Shown: piece by piece, positions 31,201 through 42,311 of the stretch | Position numbering within the stretch: position 1 is the first letter of the stretch | How the letters are laid out: each line of letters begins with the position of its first letter | From: Candidatus Binatia bacterium | Lineage (GTDB): Bacteria; Desulfobacterota; Binatia; UBA9968; CAXXLF01 | Direction of reading: 5' to 3' | DNA length: 64,000 nt | Assembly: GCA_963664015.2 (NCBI GenBank) | Contig: CAXXLF010000001.1 | Coordinates: forward strand, 704,001 to 768,000 | The notes under the pieces: model-generated | Told to the model about the DNA's origin: nothing | Seen by the model: the letters and a program-made list of their open reading frames with translations, nothing else | The model's database searches: none | Program-made: the position numbers and the translations under genes

Positions 31201-32668
31201 TTACTCGAAAAGTGGACGCCACTTTGCATAGACTCGGTTCCTCAACTCATCACTGGCCCTGTTGACAGGCGGAAACTCGTCACGCCACTCCCATGGCTTG
31301 CATGCGATGATCAAGGCGCGGCTGTTGGTGAACTCGTGGCGTTTCTTTCTTTCCGGTGAAATCATCGGGTCCAGCGGGCTGGCAGGACAGTCCTCCTGAA
31401 TCTGGAAGGAGGTCTTGGGATCCGAGCGCGTCGCCATCGCCCATAGAACCTGCTCCGAATTAGAGGGGTCGATGTCTTCATCGACGACAATCACCATCCG
31501 GCAGATATGGTGCAGCAGTCCCGAGGCTACCCGCCCGATTTGCCGTGCATGGCCGGCGTACTGCTGCTTTATGGAGACCACCTGGATCAGCGTCCCGCCG
31601 GTGTTGAGGGCGTAAACGCCCACGACCCCGGGCATCCCTGATTTCTCGAGGCCTTCCCACACCTCCATGCTCCCGTCGGGGGGGCACATCCAGAACAGCA
31701 CCGGCGGTTTCAGAGGAGGATCGCCGTGCAGGATCGGATCATTCCGGTGATAAAGGCTCTGGACTCGGATCACCTGGGCCATTCGTTCGCCACCTGCATA
31801 GTAACCTGTGTACTCACCAAAAGGTCATTCTATTTCCTGCTCAACGCTGGGCGATGGAACCTCCCCCCTCGAGTACGATCTCGGCGCTTGCGGGCAATGG
31901 CAGTCCGGTCCTGGGTCCGGTCATGATCTCTAAAGGCTCGCCCTTGAGAAACCCCGCGAACTCATACTCACCGGTCCCCCAAGGCACCCCATTGGCCGAT
32001 ACACAGAATAGAGCGGGCTCGACGGTGATGGCCACGGCAACGGGACAACTCTTCCCCTGGGCCCACCACTTTTGCATTTTCAGGTTTCCGTGGTGCATGG
32101 GTGAGACCAATAAGTCGAGGGTATTCTTGTCATGAAGCATGCAGCGATAGGTTCCGACGTTGACCCATCCCTCGACCGGGTCCCGGGTAATTACGGCACA
32201 ACTGGTTCCCAAATAGGGTCCTCCGTCTTTCTCGTGCCATCGAGGGGAGGGAAATTTCATAAGATCCACCCCGTCCCCTTCAAAAACATTTTCCATAATG
32301 GGACTCGAGGATACGGCAACCGGCTTGATGGGACGAAAATCTCTCAACCTCTCCTTCCAGACCTTGAACATTTGGAATTGGGACACGCCCTGGGGAAGAT
32401 TGAGGGCCAGAGCCGTCCGTAACGGAGTCGCATAGGGTTTGGCGGCTATCCGATACCCCTTGGGATAACCGTGGATGCGGTCAAATAGCAGCATCGGCCC
32501 ATTGCGTTCGCACATCAGTTCCGTCAATGTCCCGATTTCCAAATCGCAGTCTGCCTCTTCAACCACCTTTACCTCACCTCTGGCTTCTGCCTCGGCCAAA
32601 AAAGCGCGAGAGTCCCCCAACGCCAGGGTTCCCCCCTTTCTATCTCCGCACAGTAACGAATCCCTCAT
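31201..32668 (-). pseudogene. UbiD-family decarboxylase pseudogene
   Basis: +1 G in the run 31863-31868, then E-TGA(31825-31827)-PFGEYTGYY within the catalytic motif; C-terminal VVDEDIDP..WAMATR. Confidence 0.88.
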
Positions 32669-32963
32669 TCATACTAAAAGAACCCATTCGGTCACCGACC
32701 CTGACCCAAGCCTAGCAAAAAAGACTCAGATGGCCTAGCCGCCGGGCCCAGGGTCCATTCCCCGCCACTGATCCATTACCTAAATTTCTAAAGAGATGCA
32801 GGGATCGTAGAGAGTTTATCGAGCAATAGACCATTAGATCAATGGACCGCATTGTCGCAGTACTTCCGGTCCATTCTTCTACTATCCACTGCTCCAATGC
32901 TCTAAGGCGAATATCGCCTTCCACCCATTGTCTTACTGCTCTGTTTTGATATGATCTTCCACC

Positions 32964-33734
32964 ATGGACTACTTGGTCATCCGTAATCTCACCAAAAGAT
33001 TCGGTAACTTCGTTGCGGTCAACGAGGCGAACCTGAACGTGAGCGCGGGAGAGCTCCTGGTAGTGATTGGGGGAAGTGGCTGCGGCAAGACCACCCTGCT
33101 CCGTCTTATCTCCGGTCTGGAAGACCCCGATAGCGGCATCATCTACATCGGCGGCGAGGCCGTAAACGACATCCCTGCAGGTCAGCGGGGAGTCCAGATC
33201 ATCTTCCAACACTTCGCCCTTTGGCCCCACATGAAGGTGTTCGACGAAAGAAGAGACTCCAATATGGGGTTTCCCCTACGAATCCGGAGATGGGCGAAGG
33301 AGAAGATTCGCGAACATATTCGTTCCCTGGCAAAGAGCCTGCAGATCAACGAAGCCCTATTCGATCGTAAGCCCGACACGCTTTCCGGCGGTGAGAAACA
33401 ACGGGTCGCCATGGCTCGGGCCATGGTGACGGCACCGAGGGTACTCGTCATGGACGAGCCTTTGAGTAGCCTGGATCCGGCCAGCCGGGTAACCCTGAGG
33501 GCTGAGATCCGTAACTTCCACAAGGAAAACCACTTGACCACTATCTATGTCACCCACAACGTAGCCGACGGTATCGATCTGGGAGACCGGATTGCCGTTA
33601 TGCGCGACGGGCGCTTTGAACAGATTGGCACGGCAGAGGAGCTGATTAAAAACCCGGCAAATTCCTATGTAGCCGATTTCTTCAAGCCCCCAGATCTGAG
33701 GTTCGCTGAGATGCGACCATGGCAAAACCGGTAA
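32964..33734 (+). CDS. ABC transporter ATP-binding protein (Fe3+/polyamine/sugar type)
   Basis: GGSGCGKT, FQHFALWPHM, LSGGEKQR, MDEPLS, VTH. Confidence 0.9.
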   Translation: MDYLVIRNLTKRFGNFVAVNEANLNVSAGELLVVIGGSGCGKTTLLRLISGLEDPDSGIIYIGGEAVNDIPAGQRGVQIIFQHFALWPHMKVFDERRDSNMGFPLRIRRWAKEKIREHIRSLAKSLQINEALFDRKPDTLSGGEKQRVAMARAMVTAPRVLVMDEPLSSLDPASRVTLRAEIRNFHKENHLTTIYVTHNVADGIDLGDRIAVMRDGRFEQIGTAEELIKNPANSYVADFFKPPDLRFAEMRPWQNR

Positions 33735-34795
33735 GTTTATGTCCGGCGGGAGCGTCAGATAAGATCTGTAGTAGATTGACCCTTTCTAGTTCGGTGACCC
33801 CCTCCAAAAGTCTCCATACCTTTCGGTGTCTACTTTGGCTGTTCGTCAGCGGCGCCCTTTCACTCGCATCAGGATGTGCAGTCCCGGGTTGGAAGACCAC
33901 CTTCGAGTTGGAGCATCCCTTGACCGGCCGAATCTGGGACGGGTCCAACCGCCGGTTCGTCGATGGTGATACCCTTGTGGGCCGCCTGGTTCGTGCCCGC
34001 TTCGTGCTGTTGGGAGAAAAACACGACAACCCGGATCACCACCGCCTGCAAGCGCAGCTGCTTAGAAAAATAATCGGATCGGGACGCCGCCCCGCAGTCG
34101 GTTTCGAGATGTTTAACGTCGACGATGCGTTTGCCATAGCTAGGCATCTCGCTGCGGCCCCGAGGAACGCGGCGGGACTGGGACCGGCCGTTAACTGGAG
34201 TGAACGAGGCTGGCCCGACTGGAAGCTCTATCAACCCATTGTCGAAGCGGCGCTGGGGGCCGACCTGCCCATTGTCGCAACGGATCTTCGTCCGGCAATT
34301 TTGAATCGACTGCGCCACGGGGGGGCAGCAGCGCTGGATAACGCAGTTTTACGCCAACTGGAGCTTGACCGGCCCCTCTCTAAAGACACCCTGGAGAGGA
34401 TGACGGCGGATATACGCAGTGCACACTGCGGCTACGCATCCAAGAAACTGATCATGACAATGGTCAATATACAACGGGCGCGCGATGCTCAGATCGCACA
34501 GAGCCTGATGGCGGCGGCTCACGTCGACGGCGCCGTACTGATCGCTGGAGCGGGCCACGTACGGAAAGATTACGGTGTGCCGACCTACCTTAACTCAAAG
34601 GCTACCGGCCAGAGGGTGATCAGTCTAGCCTTTCTGGAGGTCGACGGTACCACCACCGAACCTGAGTCCTATGCCCAACAGTTTAACGGCATAAAATTAC
34701 CGTTCGACTACGTCTGGTTCACGCCACGGCTAAAAAACCTGGACCCTTGTGAGAGTTTTGAAGCGGAACTAAATCGCTTAAAAAAGACCGATTAG
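33719..34795 (+). CDS. ChaN-family (heme/iron-regulated) lipoprotein
   Basis: Lipobox LASGC, LLGEKHDNPDHH, GFEM, QRARD, AGAGH...GVP. Confidence 0.85.
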   Translation: MAKPVSLCPAGASDKICSRLTLSSSVTPSKSLHTFRCLLWLFVSGALSLASGCAVPGWKTTFELEHPLTGRIWDGSNRRFVDGDTLVGRLVRARFVLLGEKHDNPDHHRLQAQLLRKIIGSGRRPAVGFEMFNVDDAFAIARHLAAAPRNAAGLGPAVNWSERGWPDWKLYQPIVEAALGADLPIVATDLRPAILNRLRHGGAAALDNAVLRQLELDRPLSKDTLERMTADIRSAHCGYASKKLIMTMVNIQRARDAQIAQSLMAAAHVDGAVLIAGAGHVRKDYGVPTYLNSKATGQRVISLAFLEVDGTTTEPESYAQQFNGIKLPFDYVWFTPRLKNLDPCESFEAELNRLKKTD

Positions 34796-34807
34796 AGGAC
34801 AGCATCA

Positions 34808-35864
34808 ATGCCGAAATTCCGTTACGAACATCTGGTGACCCTTGCCCAGCGGATCCTTGCCAATGCTGGGTTACCGCGAAACGAGACTGAACTGGTCGGC
34901 AAGATGCTCGTCAAGGCCGACCTCAACGGATATCCTGGGCACGGTATCGCCCACATTCTCTCCTACGTCGATAGAATCAAAACGGGCCTAATCCAGCTGG
35001 AAACGCGCCCAACAGTTGTCCGTGAAGGAAAGGCAACGGCCCTGATGGACGGAAACTCCTACGTCGGACAGGTCGTGGCCTACGAAGGAACCCAACTGGC
35101 GCTACAGAAGGCCGCCGAACATGGCACCGGTACGGTTTGCATTCGGCACTCGGGACACATCGGCCGCCTCGGCGATTTCATGGCACTCATTACCGAGTCG
35201 GGCATGATCGGCGTTTCAGCGGTCAGTGTGGGCGGGAGCTCCATTGCGTCCTACGGAGCTATGGAATCCTATGGGATACGGTATTTTCCGACGTAGCAGC
35301 GAACCGATCATCCTGGATTTCGCAACGGGAGCATCGAGTATGGGAGAGCTGAGGAAGAGAGTCCGTCTTGGAGAGAAGATCCCCCCTGGAGTCATGCTTG
35401 ACGGCCAGGGGCACTCGAACACGAACTTCAAAAAGTTTACGGGTCCGCCCAAGGGTGTGCTCCTCCCTTTTGCTGGGTACAAGGGCTCGGGGCTCCATCT
35501 CATGGCCGAGATCCTCGGCGGGATCTTAAAGGGTAACGGACTGGGCAAGGAGTGGTGGGAGCGTGGCGGACCGGCAATCAATGGCCTCATGCTACAGGCC
35601 ATCCGCATCGAAGAGTTTTTTCCTCTCGAGGAATTTTACGACAAGATCGAAGAACTCGTCGTGTGGATAAAATCAAAAAAGACGTCCCCTGGTTTCTCCG
35701 GCGTCACCCTCCCCGGCGAGAACTCCAAGATGAGGGCAATAAGGAACTTGAAGGAAGGGATCGAGATCGAGGCAGAAACTTGGGAGAGGATTAGCCAATG
35801 CGCCGCGGAGCTGGGTGTCGAGGACACTCCCCTTCCATTTTCTCACACAGGGCCTTCTACCTGA
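34808..35864 (+). pseudogene. Ldh_2-family dehydrogenase (ComC/AllD-like), frameshifted
   Basis: ADLNGYPGHG, HIGRLG, NPM, LDFAT, LPFAGYKGSGL; small deletion or frameshift near 35265. Confidence 0.85.
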
Positions 35865-36933
35865 CAGGAGGGAGAGGTCTGGGACCGGCGATTCGTCGGT
35901 AAATCTCTGCGACCTTGGGATCCTTGGGTATCCGCTTGAGTGCCGCGTCGATTTCCGCGCCCGTTACCGGGTCCGAGAGTTGGCCGGTCAAACGCCGGTA
36001 TTCGGTTGCGTACTCAGGATCCTTCCATACCTTGTTAAATCCTTCGCGCAACGTGGTGTGCGCCTCCTTGGGTAACCCCTTGGGCACCAAAAAGTTAGCG
36101 CTCCCCGGCCTGCTCGAATTGTGAAAACGAAGAATCGCCCGTTTCAAGTCGGTGTCCGCAAAGTCTTCCAAATGGGGTCGATGAGGTAACTCTGGAACCC
36201 ACGTCCCACCACGTCCTTTGGAATTCTTTACCACAATCGGGGCCGTGTACCCATTTCTTAATTGTTTAAGCCCGTCTCACCGCAGAAAAGTTGTCAGGTT
36301 GGTGGTATGGGCATCAGCCTCACCCTTCTCGAGGGCCGTAATAATGCCCTGACTGCTGTAGCCCACTTTCCATTTTGGATCCTTGAGTTCAAGGACGTAG
36401 GCGATGACACGGTCCAAGATGTACTGGGAATGTCCAATGCTCCTCTGGACAAAACGCAGGCCCTTGTAGGCCCTTAACGCCTTCACTGTATTCAATCTCA
36501 GCTCCGGCCGAATCTCCACCGTGTACGGGCCTCCCGTATTACTCGTACCGAAAAAAACAAAATCGTCGATCTTGAAACGAACCCCTGGGGCGTTGAAAAT
36601 GGCATGGGAAAACATCCCCGTGCCGATGTTTGCGATTGTAAGCCCGTCCCTTTTTGCGACATTCGCCATATAATTGGCTGCTGCCATGCCGCCTTCACTG
36701 GGCATGAACTTGAAGACAACGGTGGGATGCCCGGGAAGGTTCTTACTCAGATGCTGCGCTCCGATTTGGGTTCACAAGCTACCGGCCCCTCCAGGTGGAT
36801 AGCCCACAACCACGATCAGGGTTTTATTCTCGTAGAACGGCGTCGCTTATACCCTAACGGCATAGCCCATTAGAATCAGAGCCAGGATCAAAAAGGCTTC
36901 GGATACGCGTTGTGCGCTCTGTCGATAACTCAT
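35857..36933 (-). pseudogene. TctC/Bug-type tripartite tricarboxylate transporter binding protein with three in-frame stops
   Basis: One frame from ATG 36933: FYENKTL.VVVGYPPGG, PGHP...MPSEGG, DGLT; stops TAA 36847-36849, TGA 36772-36774, TGA 36277-36279. Confidence 0.85.
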
Positions 36934-37305
36934 TCTTATAGTCCGTAAGCTATATCTTTGCGTTATAAAACTCACGGCGGGACGAAGCCTCCACAGGCAT
37001 TCGCCCAAGGTCCCTCGCGGAGGCGGACTAAGGACCCAATCTACCTGCGGCCGGTTACCTATTCCACTTGGCCGCTAGGCATTAATCCAACAGGGCTGAA
37101 CATGTCAATCAATTCGAAACACCCCCCCAAACACCCCTGGATTGATTTGATTTCCTCCACTGACCCTTATCTATTTTTACCCCATTGCTTTTCGACAACC
37201 GTTCTTATAGCATCACGAAAAGTAGACTCTGACGTCCTCATTTAGATTACAGGCACCTTGGTCCCGCGTCCAATCTCCAGCGGACACTATCGAAGTGAGG
37301 TAGCC

Positions 37306-38118
37306 ATGCGTAGCAAATCTTTCTCCGCACTCATTCTCATTCCTGTTTGGGTAAGCGCCTTGCTCGTAACGCCCACGGGTGTCCAGGCCAAATGCCGCGA
37401 CCCGGAGGTGGCCCGGCCTTGGGGATCGGTCGCCCACGCGGCTGCACCGGATGTGACCATCCGATACTTCGGCCATAACTTTTTCCACATCAAAACCGCC
37501 AAAGGAACCACCATCATCACGGATCCTCTAGGACCAGGACGCTACCCCTACCCGGTACCCGATGTCTCCGCCGACGTGGTTACCATCGGCAGAGAGCACT
37601 ACAATCACAACTTTGTCGAAATCGTCCAGGGCAGCCCGCTGGTCCTCCGTGGCCTCGCCAACTACGGCTTCGAATGGAACCGGGTCAACAGCAGCTTTAA
37701 TGAAGTTTTCATCTACAACGTACCGATTTATCACCACTCGGAGAGCATGGAAAACATCAAGGGGGCTGCTTTCATCTTCGATCTCGGTGACCTCTGCATC
37801 GCGCACCTGGGAGACTTGAGCCAAAAATTAACCCCCCAACAGCTCAAAATGATCGGCAAGGTAGACATTGCCCTGACGCCCATCGGTGGTTGGCGCACCA
37901 TGGCTCCGGACCTGGCCAGAGAAGTCTTAGCCCAGCTCAAACCCAAGATTGCTATTCCCATGCATTATCGGGATAATCTCTACGTGATCGAGGAGTTTAC
38001 GGCAGGGATCAAGTCACGGATTATGAATTCGGACACGCTGGTCGTTAGCAAAGATGGGCTACCCTCTTCGCTGGAGATCCGCGTCCTGACTCCCGAGGGG
38101 GCGGAAAGCTTCCAGTAA
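37306..38118 (+). CDS. Secreted MBL-fold metallo-hydrolase (Lactamase_B_3-like)
   Basis: Signal peptide, GHNFF, TDP, EHYNHN, HLGDL, IPMHY. Confidence 0.85.
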   Translation: MRSKSFSALILIPVWVSALLVTPTGVQAKCRDPEVARPWGSVAHAAAPDVTIRYFGHNFFHIKTAKGTTIITDPLGPGRYPYPVPDVSADVVTIGREHYNHNFVEIVQGSPLVLRGLANYGFEWNRVNSSFNEVFIYNVPIYHHSESMENIKGAAFIFDLGDLCIAHLGDLSQKLTPQQLKMIGKVDIALTPIGGWRTMAPDLAREVLAQLKPKIAIPMHYRDNLYVIEEFTAGIKSRIMNSDTLVVSKDGLPSSLEIRVLTPEGAESFQ

Positions 38119-38121
38119 AAT

Positions 38122-38248
38122 AAGGCAAAAGTAAAAAGGTAAAAATTTAAATAGAGTATTCACGAACTTTTACCTTTTCCCCGATTTGTCTCATTCCTCC
38201 GGTCTATATCGTCTATTCTCATTTTTCTATTGTCTATCTTCTATTCCC
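38122..38248. repeat. Heptamer-type low-complexity palindromic repeats, possibly a bidirectional terminator
   Basis: aaaaaggtaaaaa with ttttacctttt as an inverted pair, plus tandem CTAT-containing units, between convergent genes. Confidence 0.45.
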
Positions 38249-38249
38249 T

Positions 38250-39014
38250 TTACCATTTTCCCTCATGCACGTTGTCAAAGGCGTTCTTCGCCATATCGAA
38301 GATAAACCGGGCTGCACTTGGGGGATCCATCCGGTCGAGGTCGGCAAATTGGTACCCCACCAGCGAATAGGCTACATAGATCTTGCCGTCGGCTTCAGGC
38401 ACTGCTTGACCGCCGATTACCGGGACCTTAATACTTCGGCATACCTCCGCGTAAATTTCCGGCGACACGCTGGTCAGGTCGATCATAGAGGCACCGGCGT
38501 CTTCAACGGCGTGAGCCCATTTGAGGATGTGCCCGCGGTCAGCCTCAGTCCCGTGAAGCACGCCCCCTCCCCCAACGGCGGGAAATCCGATCTGGGGATA
38601 GACGGGCAGACCAATGTCGAGAACGGCACGGACATCGTTGAATAGCGCCTCTTCCTTCCCGCGCAGATCCACCTTGGGCATGTCGGCTCCAACTTCGTCC
38701 TTAATTCGGCGCGCCGCCTTTGCGACCTCCAACGGCCCTGAGTTGCAGGTACGGGTCGGCATATCGACGCTCACAACGGCACGTTCGGCGGCACGCCGAA
38801 CCGCTTTGGCGAACGGGATCATATCGTCAAGGGTGCAGTCATCGACACCGGGCTGACCTAAAAACCGCCGTCCCAAGCTGTCTCCAACTGACAGGAGGTC
38901 AGCCCCGGCTTTCTCACAGATTTTCGTCATTTGATAATCGTAAACAACCGCGGCTGCTATCTTTTTCCCATCTCGTTTCATCTGCTGCAGGTCCTGAATA
39001 GTTAACCTGGCCAT
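38250..39014 (-). CDS. Divergent PanB-like (ketopantoate hydroxymethyltransferase family) protein
   Basis: KKI...VYDY, VGDSLG and VDMP conserved; KIEG, HLGLTPQ and LECV motifs replaced; AGGAGG RBS. Confidence 0.8.
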   Translation of the reverse strand: MARLTIQDLQQMKRDGKKIAAAVVYDYQMTKICEKAGADLLSVGDSLGRRFLGQPGVDDCTLDDMIPFAKAVRRAAERAVVSVDMPTRTCNSGPLEVAKAARRIKDEVGADMPKVDLRGKEEALFNDVRAVLDIGLPVYPQIGFPAVGGGGVLHGTEADRGHILKWAHAVEDAGASMIDLTSVSPEIYAEVCRSIKVPVIGGQAVPEADGKIYVAYSLVGYQFADLDRMDPPSAARFIFDMAKNAFDNVHEGKW

Positions 39015-39313
39015 GGTAGCACCTCCTGATAAATTTGAGGGATTTGTACGGGGAATGACTTTGGCAGGCAACTTAGTCGGCAAGGCCGGATAAGTCAACA
39101 CACCCACCTGGCTGCTGATTGGCTCTCAGATCACGAATAAACCAACCCCAATTTCGGCTTTCCTTCCGGTTCCATTTCCCATACCCAATCTATTGCCTCT
39201 TTAACGCTGTGCGTGATAAAAGCAGGGAGTTCAACCCATACACGAACCAGCCAGCTAAGGGCGGAGACAACCGTTCCGGTTGGGATCAATGCCCTAAGGA
39301 AGGACGGCGTAAT

Positions 39314-40792
39314 ATGAAATTGTCACCCTTTCCTCTTTGCAAAGCGCTTTTCAGTTCGTTCACTGTCTTTGCCTTTCTTCTATTACTCACCGCCCCACTG
39401 GCCTGGGCCGACGGGGACCACAGCTACGGTGCCGGACCGAAAGCGGTGGCCCCCTGGTGGGTCTGGGTTGGCGGCATATGCCTCCTCACCGCTGTGGCAT
39501 TTCTCGTGGTCACAATCGGCATGAAGCGCAGCCGCGGCGGAGGTGAATTAGAAGGTTTCAGCCGAAATGCAAAGTTGCTCCTGATTCAGAGTCCCTTCGG
39601 TGGTCTCACCGTAAGCCTGGTCCAGCTCCTCTTCAACATCTATCTACTCTCCCTAGGCTTCGATCTGCTTTTCGTCGCCAAATTCGTGGCCATCCAATGG
39701 ACCCTTCACGGATTGGCCGTCATCCCCTTCGGCATCTTAGCGGACCTGTTCGGACGCCGGCGTATTTACCTCACCTCCTACACCGGCAACATCATCTTTA
39801 CCTCCATCGTGTTATTCACGCTGAACCCCACTTGGCTGCTCGTCCTGGCCGGCATCACCGGTTTCTTCCAGGGCGGACATGCCATTATCGGCCCGCCTTT
39901 CATGCGGGAACAGAGCCGGCCCCACGAGCGAGTCCATCTCTTCAGTCTCACTGGAGGTATCCGCGTGGGAGCTGCCGGGTTTGGAAATCTAGCGGCTGGA
40001 ATGCTCCCCATTCTCTACGCGACGCTCTTTGGCATTGGTCCCGACAGCGCCTGGGCCCTTCGTGCCAGCCTGCTCACGGCCTTACCGCTCATGGCCTGCT
40101 CCATGATTCCCTACATCCTGATTCAGGAACAGTGGAAGGTCATGGACATTCGCCGCTGGGTCAAGGGGATTGAGAGTTTTGGTCCCATCGGCATGCTTTC
40201 CTTTACCGAAGCAATGGTCGGGATGGCCATGGGGTTCACAACCCCTTTTTTGAACATCTTCTTCATCCAGCATATTCGAGCTTCGACTGACCAGATTGGT
40301 CTCATATTCGCCGCCGCTTCGGTACTCACCGCAGTCGTTACTATATTCGTACCGTTTATCGTGGGTCGCCTCGGGCGGGTTCGGGCCGTCACCATCATCA
40401 AGCTTCTTGGCATCCCTTCTCTGATCCTGCTGGGAATGACGAACGATCTGATTTGGGCTTCGATCTTTTACGCTCTTACGATCTTTATGATCGGCGGTCC
40501 ATTCCCCAATCGGGGGATCGCTGATCCCATCTTCAGCCTAATCGCCATGGATGCGGTGAAGGAAAGAGAGCGGGGAACCACCAACGGCATTATGCACGCT
40601 TGCGTCGAAATCCCGAGGGGTTTTGGGGCGAGTTTAGCTGCGCCGTTCATGGTAGCCGGCAACTGGCGTGTTCCGTTTACCATTGGTGGGCTTATCTTTG
40701 CTGCTGCGTTTATCCTTTATTACTTTTATTTTGCGCGCCTCGATGGGCCCCAGGCCGCTGTGGAGGGGGCAACAGCGCCAACCCTCGACTAG
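39314..40792 (+). CDS. MFS transporter with N-terminal signal-peptide-like extension
   Basis: GILADLFGRRR motif A, GRLGRVR; N-terminal LLTAPLAWA followed by an extra TM helix. Confidence 0.85.
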   Translation: MKLSPFPLCKALFSSFTVFAFLLLLTAPLAWADGDHSYGAGPKAVAPWWVWVGGICLLTAVAFLVVTIGMKRSRGGGELEGFSRNAKLLLIQSPFGGLTVSLVQLLFNIYLLSLGFDLLFVAKFVAIQWTLHGLAVIPFGILADLFGRRRIYLTSYTGNIIFTSIVLFTLNPTWLLVLAGITGFFQGGHAIIGPPFMREQSRPHERVHLFSLTGGIRVGAAGFGNLAAGMLPILYATLFGIGPDSAWALRASLLTALPLMACSMIPYILIQEQWKVMDIRRWVKGIESFGPIGMLSFTEAMVGMAMGFTTPFLNIFFIQHIRASTDQIGLIFAAASVLTAVVTIFVPFIVGRLGRVRAVTIIKLLGIPSLILLGMTNDLIWASIFYALTIFMIGGPFPNRGIADPIFSLIAMDAVKERERGTTNGIMHACVEIPRGFGASLAAPFMVAGNWRVPFTIGGLIFAAAFILYYFYFARLDGPQAAVEGATAPTLD

Positions 40793-40819
40793 GTCTTCTA
40801 GGAGTTAGAACTGGGCAAA

Positions 40820-41162
40820 TTAACCGCAGCTTTTCGCTGATTATCGCAGATTAAGGATTCGGACATTTCACCGCAGAGACGCAGAGGGCGCAGAGAAAAG
40901 ACAGAAAAAATTCAACTGCTCATTTACACCGATTGTTACCGACAATAACTATTTTTCTTTGTCGGGAGACGACGTCAAGCAAAAAGGTGAACTATATTGC
41001 CCAATCGTCGTCTGCCGATTGGGCAATATAGTTTTACCTCAGCGCACTTTGCCCTTCGCCCCCTCGACAGGCTCGGGGTCCCGAGCCCCGTCGAGGACGT
41101 CTCTGCGGTAAGAGTCTTAATGTTTTCTTTATTTGTGTCCATCTGCGTAAATCTGCGGTAAA
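40820..41162. repeat. Nested stack of palindromic REP/MITE-like elements
   Basis: Outer arms 40820-40851 and 41131-41162; second arms 40870-40895 and 41038-41109, the latter interrupted by a hairpin at 41053-41098; perfect 18-bp inverted repeat 40990-41007/41016-41033. Confidence 0.85.
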
Positions 41163-41193
41163 ATTCTTAATTGGGCAAGAATCTAACTATAGA

Positions 41194-42263
41194 GTGTCCC
41201 CACCGTTGATAAACGGTCAATTTACTTTTCTTGGCATCGTGACGGGGCAACCGGCATTGTCGGAAGCCCGAACACCAAGCCTTGATCCCTCTCTTAGTGC
41301 CCGGCAATGGATCGAGCGGCTCGCTTGCCCCGGCTACGAAGCCTCCTCCACTCCATCGATGGAGAAATGGTCGAGGAGCGTTACTTTAATGGCGCACGCG
41401 CCTCCCAATGGGCCAATTTAAAATCCGTCTCCAAGAGTGTCCTCTCGATTCTCGTGGGCATTACCCTCGAGCAAGGCCTCCTCAAGAGCCTCAGCTATAG
41501 GGTCGAGAAGTTCTTTCCTCACTATTTCAGCAGTTCGGATAACCCGGCCGAGAAACGAATCACCCTCGAGGATCTCCTGACCATACGTTCGGGGCTCGAG
41601 CCCACCAGCCGTCGGAACTATGGCCGATGGGTTCAGAGTAGCAACTGGGTACGTCACGTACTCACGCGCCCGAGGATCGACACACCTGGCGGCCGCATGA
41701 TCTACAGCACGGGGAACACGCACGTGCTGTCCGCTGTTTTGACCAAGGCAACCGGGTCCAGCACCTTTGAATTTACCCGCCGCCATCTGTCCCAACCCCT
41801 AGGTATTCCCATCCGCCCGTGGTTACGGAATCCGCAGGGAATTTATTTCGGCGGCAACGAGAGGCACCTCATGCCGCGCGCGATTCTCAAGATTGGTGAG
41901 CTCTCCCTTCACGGCGGCCGAGTGGGTAAAACACAGATCGTGTCGGAAGGCTGAATCCAACAGTTGTTGACACCGCGAACCTGCTCCCGCTTTAGTGGGC
42001 GCGAATACGGTTACGGCTGGTGGATCGACACGTTGGCCGGGCACGACGCCTACCTCGCCTATGGCTACGAAGGGCAGTTTATCTTCGTCGTGCCGGATCT
42101 CAAGTTGACAGCCGTCGTTAGCTCATCCACATCACCCAGGCAAACGCGCGAGGAGCGCCGGGGACACCGTCAAGGCGTCTACGATATTCTGGAGGAGGAC
42201 CTCATCCCCGCTGTGCGCAATGGGCGCATGTCACTGCGGCGCAGCAACGGCACCGCCCCCTGA
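41194..42263 (+). pseudogene. Serine hydrolase (beta-lactamase class C family) pseudogene
   Basis: SVSKS (SxxK), YSTGN, YGYGWW, GYEGQ; frameshift near 41305 and in-frame TGA 41952-41954. Confidence 0.85.
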
Positions 42264-42311
42264 TCGCCAATAAGAAATCCCCCGTGCCGTATCGCCACCC
42301 TCTTTCCCCCC

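Noticed and set aside
31825-31827. UGA in ubiD as selenocysteine
   Set aside because: It replaces the Gly of EGPFGE and lies beside a frameshift.
36972-36995. cacggcgggacgaagcc resembling the guanidine-I riboswitch 3' stem
   Set aside because: Partial match only; the 5' elements and the CCGGGAG tail are absent, and the downstream gene is atypical.
40820-41162. CRISPR array
   Set aside because: The repeats are inverted and nested, not regularly spaced direct repeats, and there are no cas genes.
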